Shown piece by piece: positions 11,094 to 24,574 of a stretch of DNA of 64,000 nucleotides (its first letter is position 1; each line of letters begins with the position of its first letter). This stretch comes from Neoechinorhynchus agilis (lineage: Eukaryota > Animalia > Acanthocephala). The notes under the pieces are model-generated. The model saw only the letters and a list, made by a program, of their open reading frames with translations, was not told the DNA's origin and searched no databases. The translations under genes were made by a program, and so were the position numbers. The DNA lies in NCBI GenBank assembly GCA_051530055.1, contig CM121342.1, positions 1,150,797 through 1,214,796 of the forward strand, written 5' to 3'.

Positions 11094-11900
11094 GACATCC
11101 CAGGGTTATTGCTCGCGACAAACTAAATCTTTATTAACAAACTTACCTTTGCCAAATAATTACTACTTCAGGATTGTTCAGATTTCGTTCTAAACTGATG
11201 GCAGATCCACTGGCTGTCTTCTTATCTTCCCAATCGCCAACAATACATTCACTGACGCTCTACCTCCTCGATGATTAGCCTATCCCTCACAAAAGTCGTA
11301 TCTCACGGTGCCACCCTGTCACTCATTCTTTTTTTATTTACTTATGCCGGCGATTTCACTATCATCACTCAATCACCTCTCCCTCTCATTAACCTCTAAC
11401 GAAATCACCCACAAAAGATTTCTGCCACAATCACAAACTCCACCTGAATTTCTCTAAATCTTCAAGATGATCACCTCAATCTACCTTAACCCCACGTCTT
11501 ATCCCAAGCTTCCAAATGACATCCTACGAGTTGCCTACCTGAGAATTCTAAGTCTCAAATTTCATCAAATCATAAATGGGATTCGCACATCACTCCCCCC
11601 CAAGAAATTTACCGCCTCCGCCATTTTTGAGTCCCTTTCCAAATTTTACTTCAACTTTATTTTACCCTCCCTCACCTACGGTTATCCCGCCTTCTGCAAC
11701 CTATTCAAATCCGTCGCCTTGAAACGTTTCACGGAGAAGAGTCTCTAAAATTTGCACAGTTCATTTTCCCCCTTTCACCGAATGCCTTTATAAAATTTTC
11801 AAGACCTATCAGAACTCGTGTGTTCGCGAGATCGAGTGTTCACGAGGATTCAGAGGTACATTGTTCCCCTTCTATATTAAGTAATAAAACTTGTTATTAT
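11094..11900 (+). mobile_element. Degenerate LINE reverse-transcriptase fragment (I/Jockey/CR1-like), duplicated at 57945-58750
   Basis: Remnant motifs VSHGATLSLILF / YAGD (VPQG..LSP.LF / YADD), FCHNHKLHLNFSK, FILPSLTYGYPAF; near-identical to 57945-58750. Confidence 0.6.
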
Positions 11901-12472
11901 GATGGGAAAGTTGGCGCGTATGGTCGACCAATTTGCAGGAGCCGAGTTGATTCCGAAAAGATGAAGCAAACTATCGTGAAGGATTTTCAGAACCTGTCAC
12001 CGGGGATAGAATTTATAACTCTAGACCGGTTGAGTCTTCTAGGAAGCTGCGTTTTTGGTTAACTTTCGGCGCTGTGCGAACGAGTTAATAAATTATCTTC
12101 GAACGACGCTCTGTTCCTTATCAAGAACATCCTCTTCATTCCAAAATTGCTGTATAAGTTACGCACAGCACCTTTTTAGACATAAGGATAAGCTGGCAAA
12201 ATTAGACTAGACGGTGAAAGCCTCTCTCGAGAAAATTCCAAATATTAAGCTGTCGGACGAGGCGTGGCGTCAAGCGTCCTTGCCTGTGTCGTCCGGCAGT
12301 TTAGGTATCCGAAAAGCAGCCGATATTTCTCTGCCAGCTTGTTTGGGATCGTATGAAGCAAGCCGCAAAATATTTCCATGCGTTATTTTCGAGAATTACA
12401 CTTTTGATGATGATTTCGTGGAGGCGCTTAATCTTTGGTATGGATATTCAGGCAGCAGCGAGCAGGTACCCG
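11900..12472 (+). mobile_element. CRE-clade non-LTR retrotransposon fragment (RT C-terminal region)
   Basis: LSLLGS..., LFLIKNILFIPKLLYKLRTAPF, WRQASLPVSSGSLGIRKAADISLPA. Confidence 0.85.
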
Positions 12473-12719
12473 GCAAAGTTGTACTGTATTCTGAAAATTT
12501 CACAATATGTTTGAACAATGTTCGTAAAAGTATGACAAAACAACAAGAAAGGTCAATCGCCATTGCGTACAATTGTTGTTTATAGACATCTTAGCACCTT
12601 ACATTCACTTTACCCTTCGACATTATTTGGTATTCAAAAGCAACAAACTCGCTTAAATACTGAACGACGATTTATTATTCAAAATACGATTTGTCTCGAT
12701 TCTTTATGGCGGTTCCGAT

Positions 12720-15700
12720 TTACATCACAATACAACGATTAATTTCCCTTTTCTTATCAATATCCATAGATTTTACACTGCTAAATAGTCTTTTCGTGGT
12801 GAAACCGGACGATGTTCCCTTAGATTTTTGATAGAAAAAAATGTAGCAGGGCTCTCGTAGAGAGTTTACAGCCGAGGCCGGTACAACTTTATGAACGTCA
12901 TCGTTGTACATAGTCCAATAATCCTCACTGGATTTAGTGTAAGCTATGTAATGGCCGCTCGAGAATGATCCATAATGACAAGCAAGACCGTAAAGGTCAT
13001 ATCTTTCTTCGATATACTTATCTGCTTCCTCGTCGTATCGATTCATGACAAAGTTTTCCAGATCGAAATTTATAGATTGATTAGAACGCGTAAAAGTACC
13101 CAAAAGATGCTCGAATCGATTGAGATGGACAACCTACAACTCATCGAAAGATATACCGCACTTTTTTAATGAAAACTTACTAATACCGGTGGAAGCTCAC
13201 AAATATCGTACTTCTTCTCGGTATATTGCCTCGATCCACAGTGCTCACAACTTATCATTTCATCAAGTGTTTCCCATTTTAAGAATGACCCAAGACAGTC
13301 TTTCAAGCTTACAGTTGGTTCAATAGGAGCAATCGACGTTCTTTTGCGATTCTCGTTCAAGCTGATTTTATTATTTTTGGAGTTCCAGCATTTGTACCAA
13401 ACCCAAGGATCCCAATCGATGATCAGCAGTTCATTATCTCTTAATGTCGGATCTTCTCCAATTTCATGTCCCATACAGAATCTAAATGGAAAAAGAGAGA
13501 CGCTTGAAAATGACTACAATTTAATAAAATGTAGTATTGCCCAAAGGAAAGAATTTTAACTTCTTTTCTGTCCCCGTTTATTCATTCATTTGTTGCTATC
13601 GTTGTGATACCCCAACACAATCGATTTGCTAGTCCATCGAATTATTTCTTCGTTTCTCACGCTCAAGGACTCCAATCGCAAAGTTAAGCACTAGGAGAAT
13701 TTATAGCCTTTCGAACCCTACGCTTTTGCGACTTTCTTTGCATAAAATTCTCTCCTCGTGGAACATTATTACTTCAAAATTATTCTTTAAAAACTCATAC
13801 TTGTTCCATTTGCATCTTGCGCATCTTATGGTATTCAGATGAACAACATTTAGCTTAAAATTGAATTCGGATCTAAAACTTGTTAGCATTATTATTTCTC
13901 AAAAACAACATCGAACATACTTTGACAACTCTCTTTCAAGTTTTTCCCTTGAAACATAATACGATATCCTACTCGTGGCCTGTTCATACAACTCTTTGCG
14001 TTTCATTCCAGGTCTGATATCAATCAGAATGGGCCATCCAACTATTTTAGCGATTTGCTCGCAGCAATTCGGAAGGCCGACATTTTTAGGGAGCTTAATA
14101 AGTCGTATCGCATAATTTCTGACAGAAATGAAAATACCAGAACACGATTGTAGGCCAATATTGACCTATGCTTTTTTACTTCGTCATATTCCGGCATTTC
14201 GAAACCATATAACGGCCCTTTTCTTAACAAAGAACTTACCATCAAATCCGGATTTTTGATTGGCTGAAAATATTCATTTTATCGCTAGAGTTGCAACCGA
14301 TTACAAACTTTGAAAAACCAATCGATTTTCCGGTAAAACATAACACCAGTTAAGTTGAGATGGCGTTGAACTGATGTCATCAGGGACGATAGATTGCAAT
14401 AATCTTGAATACTCAGTTCATAAGGCTTAATTCGGTCGTTTCCTTCATGGTGAATAACTAAATTTTAAAGGCAAAATTATAATTTCCTGCGCTGCCCACA
14501 AAGCTCACCGATAAAACGAGCAGTCATTCGATGCTTCGTAATTACTGGAAGAGTCAGTGCAGTGAAATTTTCATGGGAAAAATGCTCAGCTCGGCACTTT
14601 TTACAAGCAAATGTGGACCGTAATTTTCCTTCGAATAGCTCATGTACGATAGTTTGCCTATTTGGTTCTATTTTATCTGGCATTAAAGGCCCGTTTTGTG
14701 TTCGTAAGTTATGGACCATGCCATTTTCAGCGGGTGGCAAGTCGATCAGCATTTCAGTATTATCTCTGGCTTGTATCTTCTTTAGTTCCGAATCGAACGT
14801 ATCCAAAATAACGGACAAAAATTCCAGAGCGTCGTGTTGTTCGTGATCAGCCAAAAATGCATTCCGTTCGGCCAACAGGTCCTGTGCGAAAATGAGTGGC
14901 AATGGGGACTTCTGGCTTTTAATCGCAATAGGCATATTTTTAGGACTGAGGGCATTAACCATCTCTTAGTTGACGATTAAAATTGATTTTCTTTAGTCAG
15001 ATGATATAGATTGTTAATTTTTAAATTCAATGTACCATCCCAATGAAAATCGAATTACTGTGGTAGAAATTATTCTGAAAATTTTGACTTGTGGTAAAGA
15101 TAATCTCGGTTAGAAATCATTTTATTGTAATGAAATATTTTGAAAGGGGAAACCTCGCCTCGTCAATCATCGTTTAGACATTCAGGTTCGAATAAAACAC
15201 TTAAACAATGATTGATGAGGCGAGGTTTTCTCTTTCGAAATATTTCATTACAATAAAAAGATTTCGAACCGGGATTATCTTCACCACAAGTCAAAATTTA
15301 CCGTCCCGATCTATTTTTTCGAAATAATTATTCTGCAAATTCAGAGGAAAAATATACTCATGATTATAGTCGCCAATATTCCTTAAATTTCATAATAGAA
15401 TTTGAAAGTCAGCAAAATATTAGACCGAGGTTCTAGGATTTTTAGGTTTGCTAAGCACAATATTAATCACAATTTTATCACGCCAATTTCGGATGCTCTG
15501 GTATTATAGATCTTAACTTAAGCTTTTTGAACATAAGTTAATTTGAAAATGATATTAACTACACGTTCATGAAAAACGCTAAATCTAAATTGTTTGTTGT
15601 TCGGAAAGTTTTGCCCTTTTAAGAGATGCGAACTCCCGAGCAAAGACTAAACGTTTTATAAGCGGTCTCAGAATCGAGAAACAGACTCTAGGTGAAACAT

Positions 15701-18700
15701 TCATCTCACGGAATGTTTTAAATTTCGTGTAGGTCTCAAACATGTCTAAACAGCAAAAAAATACCTGCACAAAAAACCACAAATTTTGATTTCATCCTGT
15801 AAAAAATAATTCACATAGGTACCTTTAAAAATGTTGGAAAAACATCAATAGAAATACCACTCGTCATTTTCTCCACAAGGCGACAATATTCTGGAATTAC
15901 TTGAATATCCAAATTTGACATCCTTTAATACAATAAATTATATCTTGTACGATCATACGCAGCTATTACTTCTTTTCGATCTGCAATCGTTCTGATATTT
16001 TCTTCAAATGATTCGTGAGCTGTTCCGTGTGAATAAGACATTGGAGAACACTGTTCATGTAACAAGTGTTGCCCAAATTCGCCAATCCAGCCATTTTAGA
16101 ATCTTATGTTGCACTATATAAAATGTGAGTAATAAGAAAATGAAATTACCTTCCGCGTCGTCCATTAGATCCACAGAATCTCGCGGCCATGATCCATCCG
16201 GGTTTTGGGCTGCTCATAAAATTTAAATTTCATGTTTGCTTAATTTTGCAAACCTTCGAGAAGCACACTGCTCACGGTGCTCATATTAAGTTGATGAATT
16301 TTATTCTCTTGATGGTCAGAAATTATATAAAGTGGCCGATCTCCTCTCATTTCCCATAATCTGTATCGACTTTCTGAGCAATTGAGCCGATTGTTTAGTC
16401 GATTTATAAGATCTCCCACTGTTTGGTGGTGACTCAAAACTTTCACCATCACCAGCGCGTGCTTCTTGTCACTCAAGACTGAAATCCGATTCACTACAAA
16501 AATTTAAATGCTTCAGTAGGTATTAAAAACCGATGATCGGCGCTAGAGGATCGTGTACGGATAAACTTTTTAGATTACCTAAGTGAAACGCAGTCCATTT
16601 GCCATCTTATTTTAGCGAGGAAAAGTTCCATATTAGTTATAGTTAATCATGAATGAAAATTTTGAAATATAAATTGTTTTCGAAAGGAATACGTTTATAG
16701 TCTTATCTCACTAAAAAACTAATAGATTTCACGGAAAACGGAAAAACGCAAGTGCACCCTATTGAACCGATGTTTTTTGGGGTTCATAAAATTGGTTACC
16801 AAATATACAAAACTTACTCGTAGAAATGGAAGACCGTGAATAGCGTACAGTGTCCGTTTTACTTTTATCATCTCTTAATAAAAGAGCCACATTCGGATCG
16901 CTTACATCAGCGTAGATTTTAAAAACCACCTAAGGACCAATGTCAGTTTAGTGAGCTTTGCAAAATCAATTTACTTTGTGAGTTTCTACATAAAGAGTTC
17001 CACTGGCATCCTCGATAACATCTCTGGGTATATAAGGCCCTATACCGAATATACTCATCAAATATTTCGCAACTTGTTCCGGAATATATGCGTAATCGCG
17101 ATCGAGCCGTAGATTTCGTTTTATTGGAATATAGTGTTCATCTCTTGCGTATGCGCGAATCATTTCGAACAGCGAAGTATCGACCAAATTTTGATTATTG
17201 ATAAATTCAGCATCTACGATTGATTCTTTTTTCCTGCTTTCCGAATTTAAAATGTCGATGTGTGAGCAGGTACCGGGTTATATGACTAGAATTATTTTTT
17301 TATTAAAAACGTTTAAGACCCCGTCGTGTTCATCATCAGTTCTAACCATTTGTATTTTAGAACTGATGTTGAACCCGACGAGGTTTGAAACGATAAGTAT
17401 TTCCGAATTTATTTTTTAGTCCGAGAAGATTGAAAGCTTACGGTATTAATGATAACCTTCCTTTCTCTATGCTCATTTTCATTTTGTCACCAAATGCCAG
17501 TATTACTGATCTCTAAATATTTACGCAACTTCCATCACGGCTTTATGGTTACTAAAACGTACTTTTTTCTTCGCTTGCCTGTTGTCATTGTCCAGTACAT
17601 TTAGATACTTTATATCGATTGCACAGCGGGGTCGACCTTTCTTTAGACCAATTATAGAATCCCATTTCAGCCAATATCTGTGAAGAAAACATTAGGCAAG
17701 AAATTTCTATCAATATATATCTTTCCGGGTTATAATTGGTCACACTTTCAGTTCATGGCTAATCGTTCAAGGGCTAGAAATATTAAGAAAATCTAATGTA
17801 AAATTTTTAATATTTCGCGTTTTACTTAACCCGTTTTAGTCACAGTTTTGATCTTGAAATTGAATTAAATGCATTTCACTCAACGACCTCGAGGGTGATA
17901 GAATTGTCAAAACGATTTTAATAAGGTGGTAAGTTATTAAAAGCAAAGGATAATCTTCGAAGTGGTATTCGCGAAATCTTACAATTAGACCCCACAAAAA
18001 TTCTAAATTTAATAAGAACCAAAACCATCGAAATACCTTAATGTTTGAGCATGAGCAGTTGAAGAATTCTGTGGAACGCGGAAATATAACGAAAATACCT
18101 AAACAGTTTCTAAATAATTCCCTATATAATATTTTAACAATCGACAAACATTCTTAATATGAGCGTTAAACCAGCGAAAGCTATTGTGTAAATCTTCTTC
18201 TCCAAGCAGAAGATCCTTAAGAAGAATGTTAACGAAATAAAATCGTAAAAATACTAACTTTTGTCGGAAGTAAAAACTGTTCAATATATTGTTCCATTGT
18301 TTCGTCTTCTTTTTTGTTGTGGGCAATAAGCTGATTGGTAACTAATAAAATTCTGATAACAATTTAATTTTTATTTTTTAAGCGCCTGCATTTTTTGAAC
18401 GAATATTTTCATATCGTCAGCCCAAATAAAAATTGTAATAATTTTTCGATGAACATGATTATAATTGAAAGTAAATATTAATCCTAAGAAACTTTCTCAC
18501 ACTTCATAAAGTTCTAAAATTTTGAAACTCGAAATATTGCCATTCTTTAATCACAAATTGTACTCTTTTTCGCATTAAGAAAAACAATGCTTTACCTAGA
18601 TTATGCGATATACTTACAATCAGAAGAGGTGTGGCCAAATCCTCTGCAAACATCATTGCACGTCAACACAAATTCTTGGAAATCGATTTCACCGTCGTGA

Positions 18701-19959
18701 TTGATGTCCATTGCGTTAAAAATAGCTTAAAGAACAATAGATTGAATTTCGATGAATTTATCTGCAGATTAATTCCACGCCGATCGTTTTGTGCTTTATT
18801 ATTAATTAACAAAAAAATATTTTCAAAAAAAGGGAATTATACATAAATAATTTGTCCAACGCCTCTTTAAAATATATTTTTCGAAAACTAAATATTTCTC
18901 GGCGTGGAAAAAGAATTTAAATACCTGAAGTGAGTTCTTCACCTATCCAATCATCCATCATTTTGTGTAAAATATTTTTATCTATCGTAGCGATCAAATG
19001 ATCGGAACGAAATGACCAAAACGTCCTTTCCAACTGTATTATTTCTTCAATCGAAACTTAAAATTGATATATATCGGCTAACGTTCTCTAAAATTCAAAA
19101 GCTCACACATTCTGTAATAGTTGCGAGATGCGGATAACCAACAGTTGCTTGGCCGACATATTTTTGAACATATTTGCACTAAAATTGAATGTGGTTAAAA
19201 AATTAAATAAAATCACAATCTAACTGATTGGGTGCTATTTTCAAACATATCTTGAAGCGTGTCATTCCTTTTATTTAGAATATCTGTAATCGCATATTCC
19301 GTATTCTTTAGATCCGCCTGAACTTTTTCAAGCTCTCTGAATACTATAATTTATTTCCTATAATTAATAATAATTCTTAAGAAAGTACCGTATTTGATGT
19401 ATTTCCCAGCATTAAGCTCGGCGAAGGATACAAATGCAAATAAATGCTCAAAACTTATGTATTCATCGGTTCCTCGTAAATAATCGTAAATGACCTATCC
19501 ATCAATGCCATAAACTGCAATCGATTAATAAATTTCTTACTCTGACGAACCAAATAGGCACGGCATCATCTAGTATTACTTTTTCGAATACATTCAAATT
19601 CATCGTAACATGTGGGAAACAAATCTTGTAAAAGTAATTCTGCCATTCTTTCAATCGTGATTGATCGGCTAATTAAAAGATTCATTTTTAAAAAATTTAA
19701 GCGCTTTGAATTCTCTGAATCAGCTGACCTCTGTCAATGATGTTATGCACTAACTCCGAGTGGGAATATCCGTTGCCCATTTATTCCACGTATCTTGTAG
19801 CTACTGGGAGTTTATATTTCCTCAAGACAATGTAATTTCTTCAAGCGCATTCGCAAGCGACTCACTTATAGACGTTTATATCTTTTCTTCGAGAAGCTCA
19901 CTTTTCTTACTCACGTTTTTCTCTGAATTAAAATATACCGACATTTTTACGTTCCCCAT
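12720..19959 (-). CDS. USP32: USP32-like ubiquitin-specific protease (EF-hands, DUSP, UBL, USP catalytic domain), multi-exon
   Basis: Spliced pieces: MGN start at 19959; [13 protein letters not shown]|VIYDYLRG (USP32 N-terminus); EF-hand [21 protein letters not shown] (~18700); DUSP tail (16966-17187); QNPDGSWPR; Cys box [18 protein letters not shown]; FPTFLK|[22 protein letters not shown] across a ~940-nt intron; His box [28 protein letters not shown]. Confidence 0.85.
15079..15325. mobile_element. Palindromic hammerhead-bearing element inside a USP32 intron, with a 16-bp direct repeat
   Basis: Arms 15079-15299; right arm AATGA-TTGATGA-G..GAAA-TA-T-T-TCATT-AC-AATAAA; aattattctg(a/c)aaatt at 15068-15083 and 15326-15341. 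Confidence 0.7.
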
Positions 19960-21638
19960 TTGGAGTAGCGATTTCTAGTGAATAATAAGGAATGGGAAAT
20001 CGTCAGTATGATGAAGATTCTTACCATTGATTTTTTTTGCCAAATAACACTGTAATGGTTTTAGAGATCCGTGGATGTATACGATTCTCTCAGGATGCAG
20101 TATCGCGAGCTTAAAGAACTTTCACGATATTGCAATTTCTTCGCGAGGTTAAATTGCAATATTTTATGCAGGAAATCTCTTGAGTCATTCAAAACCTGCT
20201 TAAAATAAATGTACGATTCTCGTCCTCCGAAAATGACTTATTCGTGAGTTTATGTTTCAAATGAATAATCTCTTGTACGAATTAACACTTTCCAACGACG
20301 CGTGAATAACGTTCTTTTCTCAGTTTGAAATAAGAACGAAAATGAAGTTTTTAATACTTTACTCGCCGAAAAACTTGGTGGTAGAATCTGACTCACGATA
20401 AATTAAATAACTATCTTAATCCCGCATGATTTTCAACTGAAGTCTCAGAATAAAATTAAAATGATAACGATTAACCGTGAATAATTTTTACAATATAGTC
20501 GTAACTTTACAAATCAAATTTAAAATCGCAATTATTGCATCGTTTTAATACTTGTATGTTACCTTAACTCTAGAATCAGAACATCATTGCTTCGATTATA
20601 GAAACATATATTAATCTTTTATTTCTCTTGATATTCAAAAATGAAAATTTATAACATGGTTGTCCAGCAAATGAAAGCCGTAGACGTAACATCGACCGGC
20701 TGCAAGTTGGGCCGTAATCGATGCTGCCAGTATAATTAAATTTACAGATCGAATTAAAAAGAATGAGTATTAAAAACATAAGCAATAGAATCGTAAGCTA
20801 CAAATCAGCGCGCACAAGATAATATTCCTTAAATATGTAAATCAATTGATAATGAGGGAGTAAAGGAGGGCCATGAGACTTCTGCGTATGCAAATTACGA
20901 TCACTAATAGTCGACTTTAATGTAAAAAATTCGAACAACCTGCGCAAAATGGGGAAGGAAACGTAAAAACAATCCCGTTAAATCTCAACGTACGAGTGCA
21001 ATAACCATGAACAAATCAATAGAAAAGTATGATATTTTTGTAAAAAATAAATGATATCAAAATCGCTATCCCTTACCAAAATTGATCACAAGAACGGCTA
21101 ACAGCATTCTTGAAAAGAGCACATGATTACAAAAGGAAATAAATTTATTAATTTTACATTACGCTTGGGAAAAGTGTCAAGATTTTGCCGTATTGCGGCT
21201 TCAGGAATCTACAAAGGCGAGTGGAGTTGTGAATTGTGTTAAAGTAGCGACATTGAAGTGTGGAAAGTTCGCCCACATGCTTATTGAACAGTTATGTGAC
21301 TTTGTCGAGATGCACCTGGAACACTCCGAGTGCCAAAGCGACGGAGAAGTAAAACTCTCGACGTGAGTTAGTTTTCTGGCCAAGGACCCGGTGGAACTTT
21401 CTATCGCAGAGGCACTACTTAAATCCGGGGCGATTGGAAGGGAAAGTCGTTCCTGAAGACAATGCGTCGGAGAGTTCTGGACATCAGCTTGACAAAACCC
21501 AAGAACTGCTATGGTAATTTTGGATACAGTAATGTTCTAACTTGAAAGGTAGAAATTGAGTAAAAAAACGAAAAGCGTAAACAATATGAATAATCATGTC
21601 AAAAAGATCCTTCGGGATGGTAAATATCTAATGATTTC

Positions 21639-21791
21639 TGAACATAATCATGGTTCACGATTCCTTTATTATTATGAAATATTTCGAAAGAGGAAACTTC
21701 GTCCCGTAAGTCATTGTTTGCAAGTGTTTACGACGTTAGATCGCGAAATATTTCATAATAATAAAGGAATCTAGAACCGGGATTATGTTCA
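21639..21791. mobile_element. Degenerate member of the palindromic HHR-like family
   Basis: tgaacataatc..attcctttattattatgaaatatttcg mirrored by cgaaatatttcataataataaaggaat..gattatgttca; arm homologous to 15100-15175. Confidence 0.65.
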
Positions 21792-21814
21792 CCATCACCA
21801 TTAAATATGAATAA

Positions 21815-21890
21815 TGATGGCTCCGATTTTGCGGACGGTGGTGATTGCACGTTTTCTACTTTATTATTGTAAAACCTATTAAACCAAAAT
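21815..21890 (+). mobile_element. Isolated CRE 3' UTR tip
   Basis: gctccgattttgcggacggtggtgattgcacgtttt..ctttattattgtaaaacct, same as ~38205-38270. Confidence 0.65.
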
Positions 21891-22009
21891 TTCTAAAAAA
21901 CTAAAAAATTATAATTTGTTTGGTTATAAGAACCATACCTACCTTTTAGACATGAAGTCCGACGAGACGGACGAAATATTGTGAAAGGGAATCAATAAAT
22001 AATATGTAA

Positions 22010-23860
22010 GAGAGTTGCGCTGAAATTGGGTGGGGTGTTGAGGCCTTTCCAGTTAGGATGCTGCACACCTTGTGGTGCCGAAGCCATTACTCACGCACTC
22101 CGCGACCATCTTGAAGTAGCAAAGGCTCCTTTGGTCGTCTTAAAGTTAGATTTTAAAAACGCCGTCAACTCCTTCCGCAGAGAGAAAATGTTGGATTCCA
22201 TCAAAGATTTTATCCCTGAAAGTTACCCCTACATTTTATTGGCCTACTCCAATAAAACCCCTCTCCTATACAACAATCAGATTATTTGGTCTCAATGTGG
22301 TGTCCAGCAGGGTGACCCCCTTGATCCCATTGGATTCGCGTATACAATCAATGAATTGGTACAATCACTAATTTCTCCTTTCAACGGTTGGTACTTGGAT
22401 GACGCCACACTCAGCGGCGATCCCCAGGTTGTTTTAAGGGACTTACAAACGATTATAAGCGAAGCAGAAAACTTGGACCTCGAACTGAATTTCGAAAAAT
22501 GCGAAATCCTTTTTCAGGGATTCGATGACAGTTCTCGTTCGACGATCATCGCAGATTTTCGGCAAGTTGCTCCCAGGGTACGCGAGGTTACAAAATACGA
22601 ATTTAATCTCCTCGGAAGCCCCATTTTCGCCGAAAATGTCTCAAAGGACCTCGAGGCCCACATACCGAAGCTCGAATTATTATGCACAAGAGCATGTGAG
22701 CTGTCGGCGTACGAAGCCTTCTTCCTTTTAAAGAATTGCCTATACATCCCCAAATTGATGTATAAGCTGAGAGCTGCTCCGTGTTTCGGGGAGAAAAGAG
22801 TTTTATCGGATCTTGACGGGTTTTGCGCTCTTTTTTAAAGAAAATTTTAAATATAAACATTACGGATACGGGCTGGCGGCAGGCTACGTTTCCAACCTCT
22901 TTTGGCGGCCTCGGCATCCGCACAGTGTCTGATTTAGCCCTTCCAGCGTTCCTGGCCTCTTACCGAGCCAGCAAAACGTACGCGGGAGCCCTTTCCAACA
23001 TGGGGCAAAACTCGCAATATTATTTGGACGGCTTATCGATCTGGCCATCCCGGACAGAGATCCCACACCTTCCGGAAAATGACCACAAGCAGTCAGCTTG
23101 AGACCTTCCCCTCATAAAGAAGATCCACAAATCCTTTAATAATCTTCTCGCCGAGGTTTCCCAAGTTCGTCTTGCGGCGTGTTCTACAAAGGAATCGGGA
23201 GCCTGGCTAAATGCTCTCCCCGCCCGACAATCGGAACTCTTCTAGAGGATTCTACGTTAAGGGTCGCAGTTTCTTTAAGATTGAGCCAGGATATTTGTAT
23301 CCCGCATCGCTGTCGCTCTATAGTTGACGCTAATGGCAGACACGGCCTCTGTTGTAAAATGTCCAGAGGGAGGTTTCCAAGACACTCAGAATTGAACTCA
23401 ATTTTGAGTGGAGCTCTAGATTTCGTCCACGCGCCCAATATTTTAGAGCCGAGTAATTTATGCCGCCTAGACCACGGTTTTTCCATGGCGGGAGGGAAAC
23501 CGCTTTTATGGGATGCGACTTGCGTGGACACGCTTGCCCCCAGTAATTTTCAGTTTTCAAAAAAGAGCCCTGGAGGTTCAGCGGTCGTAGCTGAGGAACG
23601 AAAGCGTTCAAAATATAGAGAGCTCCTGAGGAATTACCATTTCGTCCCTTTTGCCGTGGAAACGTATGGAGCCTTGGGACCATCAGCGCTCACTCTTCTC
23701 GTCGATTTGGGACGAAGGACGAAAAGGATGACGGGGGAACCGTGCTCTAGAAATTTCCTCGCTCAACGAATCGCAATTGCGATACAGCGAGGGAACCCTG
23801 CCAGTATACTGGCAACGTCGGGATGTTTACAGGAATGAAAAGCGAAATAGTTTTACCAAC
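22010..23860 (+). mobile_element. 5'-truncated CRE-clade non-LTR retrotransposon (RT + restriction-like endonuclease), disrupted
   Basis: QLGCCTPCGAEAITH, KLDFKNAVNS, GVQQGDPLDP, WYLDDATL; CCHC-like HGLCC and RLE motifs LLWDATCVDT, KYREL..YHFVPFAVETYGALG, IAIAIQRGN. Confidence 0.92.
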
Positions 23861-24574
23861 AAAAATGGAATAAATCGATTGCTCATAAAAAATTTTAAAA
23901 GTTTTGTAGCCGAGTGATCTAAATTCAATTCAGTTTGTTAAATCTCGACCGAATCTTACCAACTATAATAACGCTGGCATCAAGTGAGAAAATCGCGTGA
24001 ATCGCTTTTCTCTTTTCAATAAAAATTTTTCGTTTTTATTATGAGCTCTCTAAGCCATGAAAGCGGCTATAGTCGTCATCGGGCTTCGGTCCATGACCGA
24101 TACCTACTGTTTTTTATGTAGATACTCGCACGATTACGGTATTTAAGTGGGATGTTCTCGGTTTTACCTCTAAAGAATATTACAACGAGAAACTTTCTAT
24201 CCGCCAAGGCATGCGTTAGTAATCTCTGAAGCATGACAACCGATTTGCGTCTTCTAAGACGTTAATGACGAATGACTTAGTTGACGCATCAAGAAATATG
24301 ATCGATGCAAGCCATAAAGTCCTTAAGACGACTAGAAGTTCCCTTTCACTAATTTTGAACTTTACTCATGTAATGTTGATCGGAATTAATTTTTATTAAG
24401 GATAATATATAGAAATTTTTAGGGCCACGGTTTTACACGCATTGGAAACTGTTAATTAGACGCCAGAATATAAAACAAATGCTTAAATCTACTGCAGGAT
24501 TGTTTCGCTCATTACAAATAATCCGACAGATAAGAAGTTTTTGTAGCATTAGATTTGTTAATTTTAAGTCATTC

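Noticed and set aside
14886-14962. Apparent odd insertion ([27 protein letters not shown]) at the start of the 161-aa USP ORF
   Set aside because: Intronic read-through: splicing aag|gtacct...cacag|gac restores normal USP spacing.
21205-21515. Possible small exons with a gtgagt donor
   Set aside because: Could not assemble a consistent reading frame or recognise a product.
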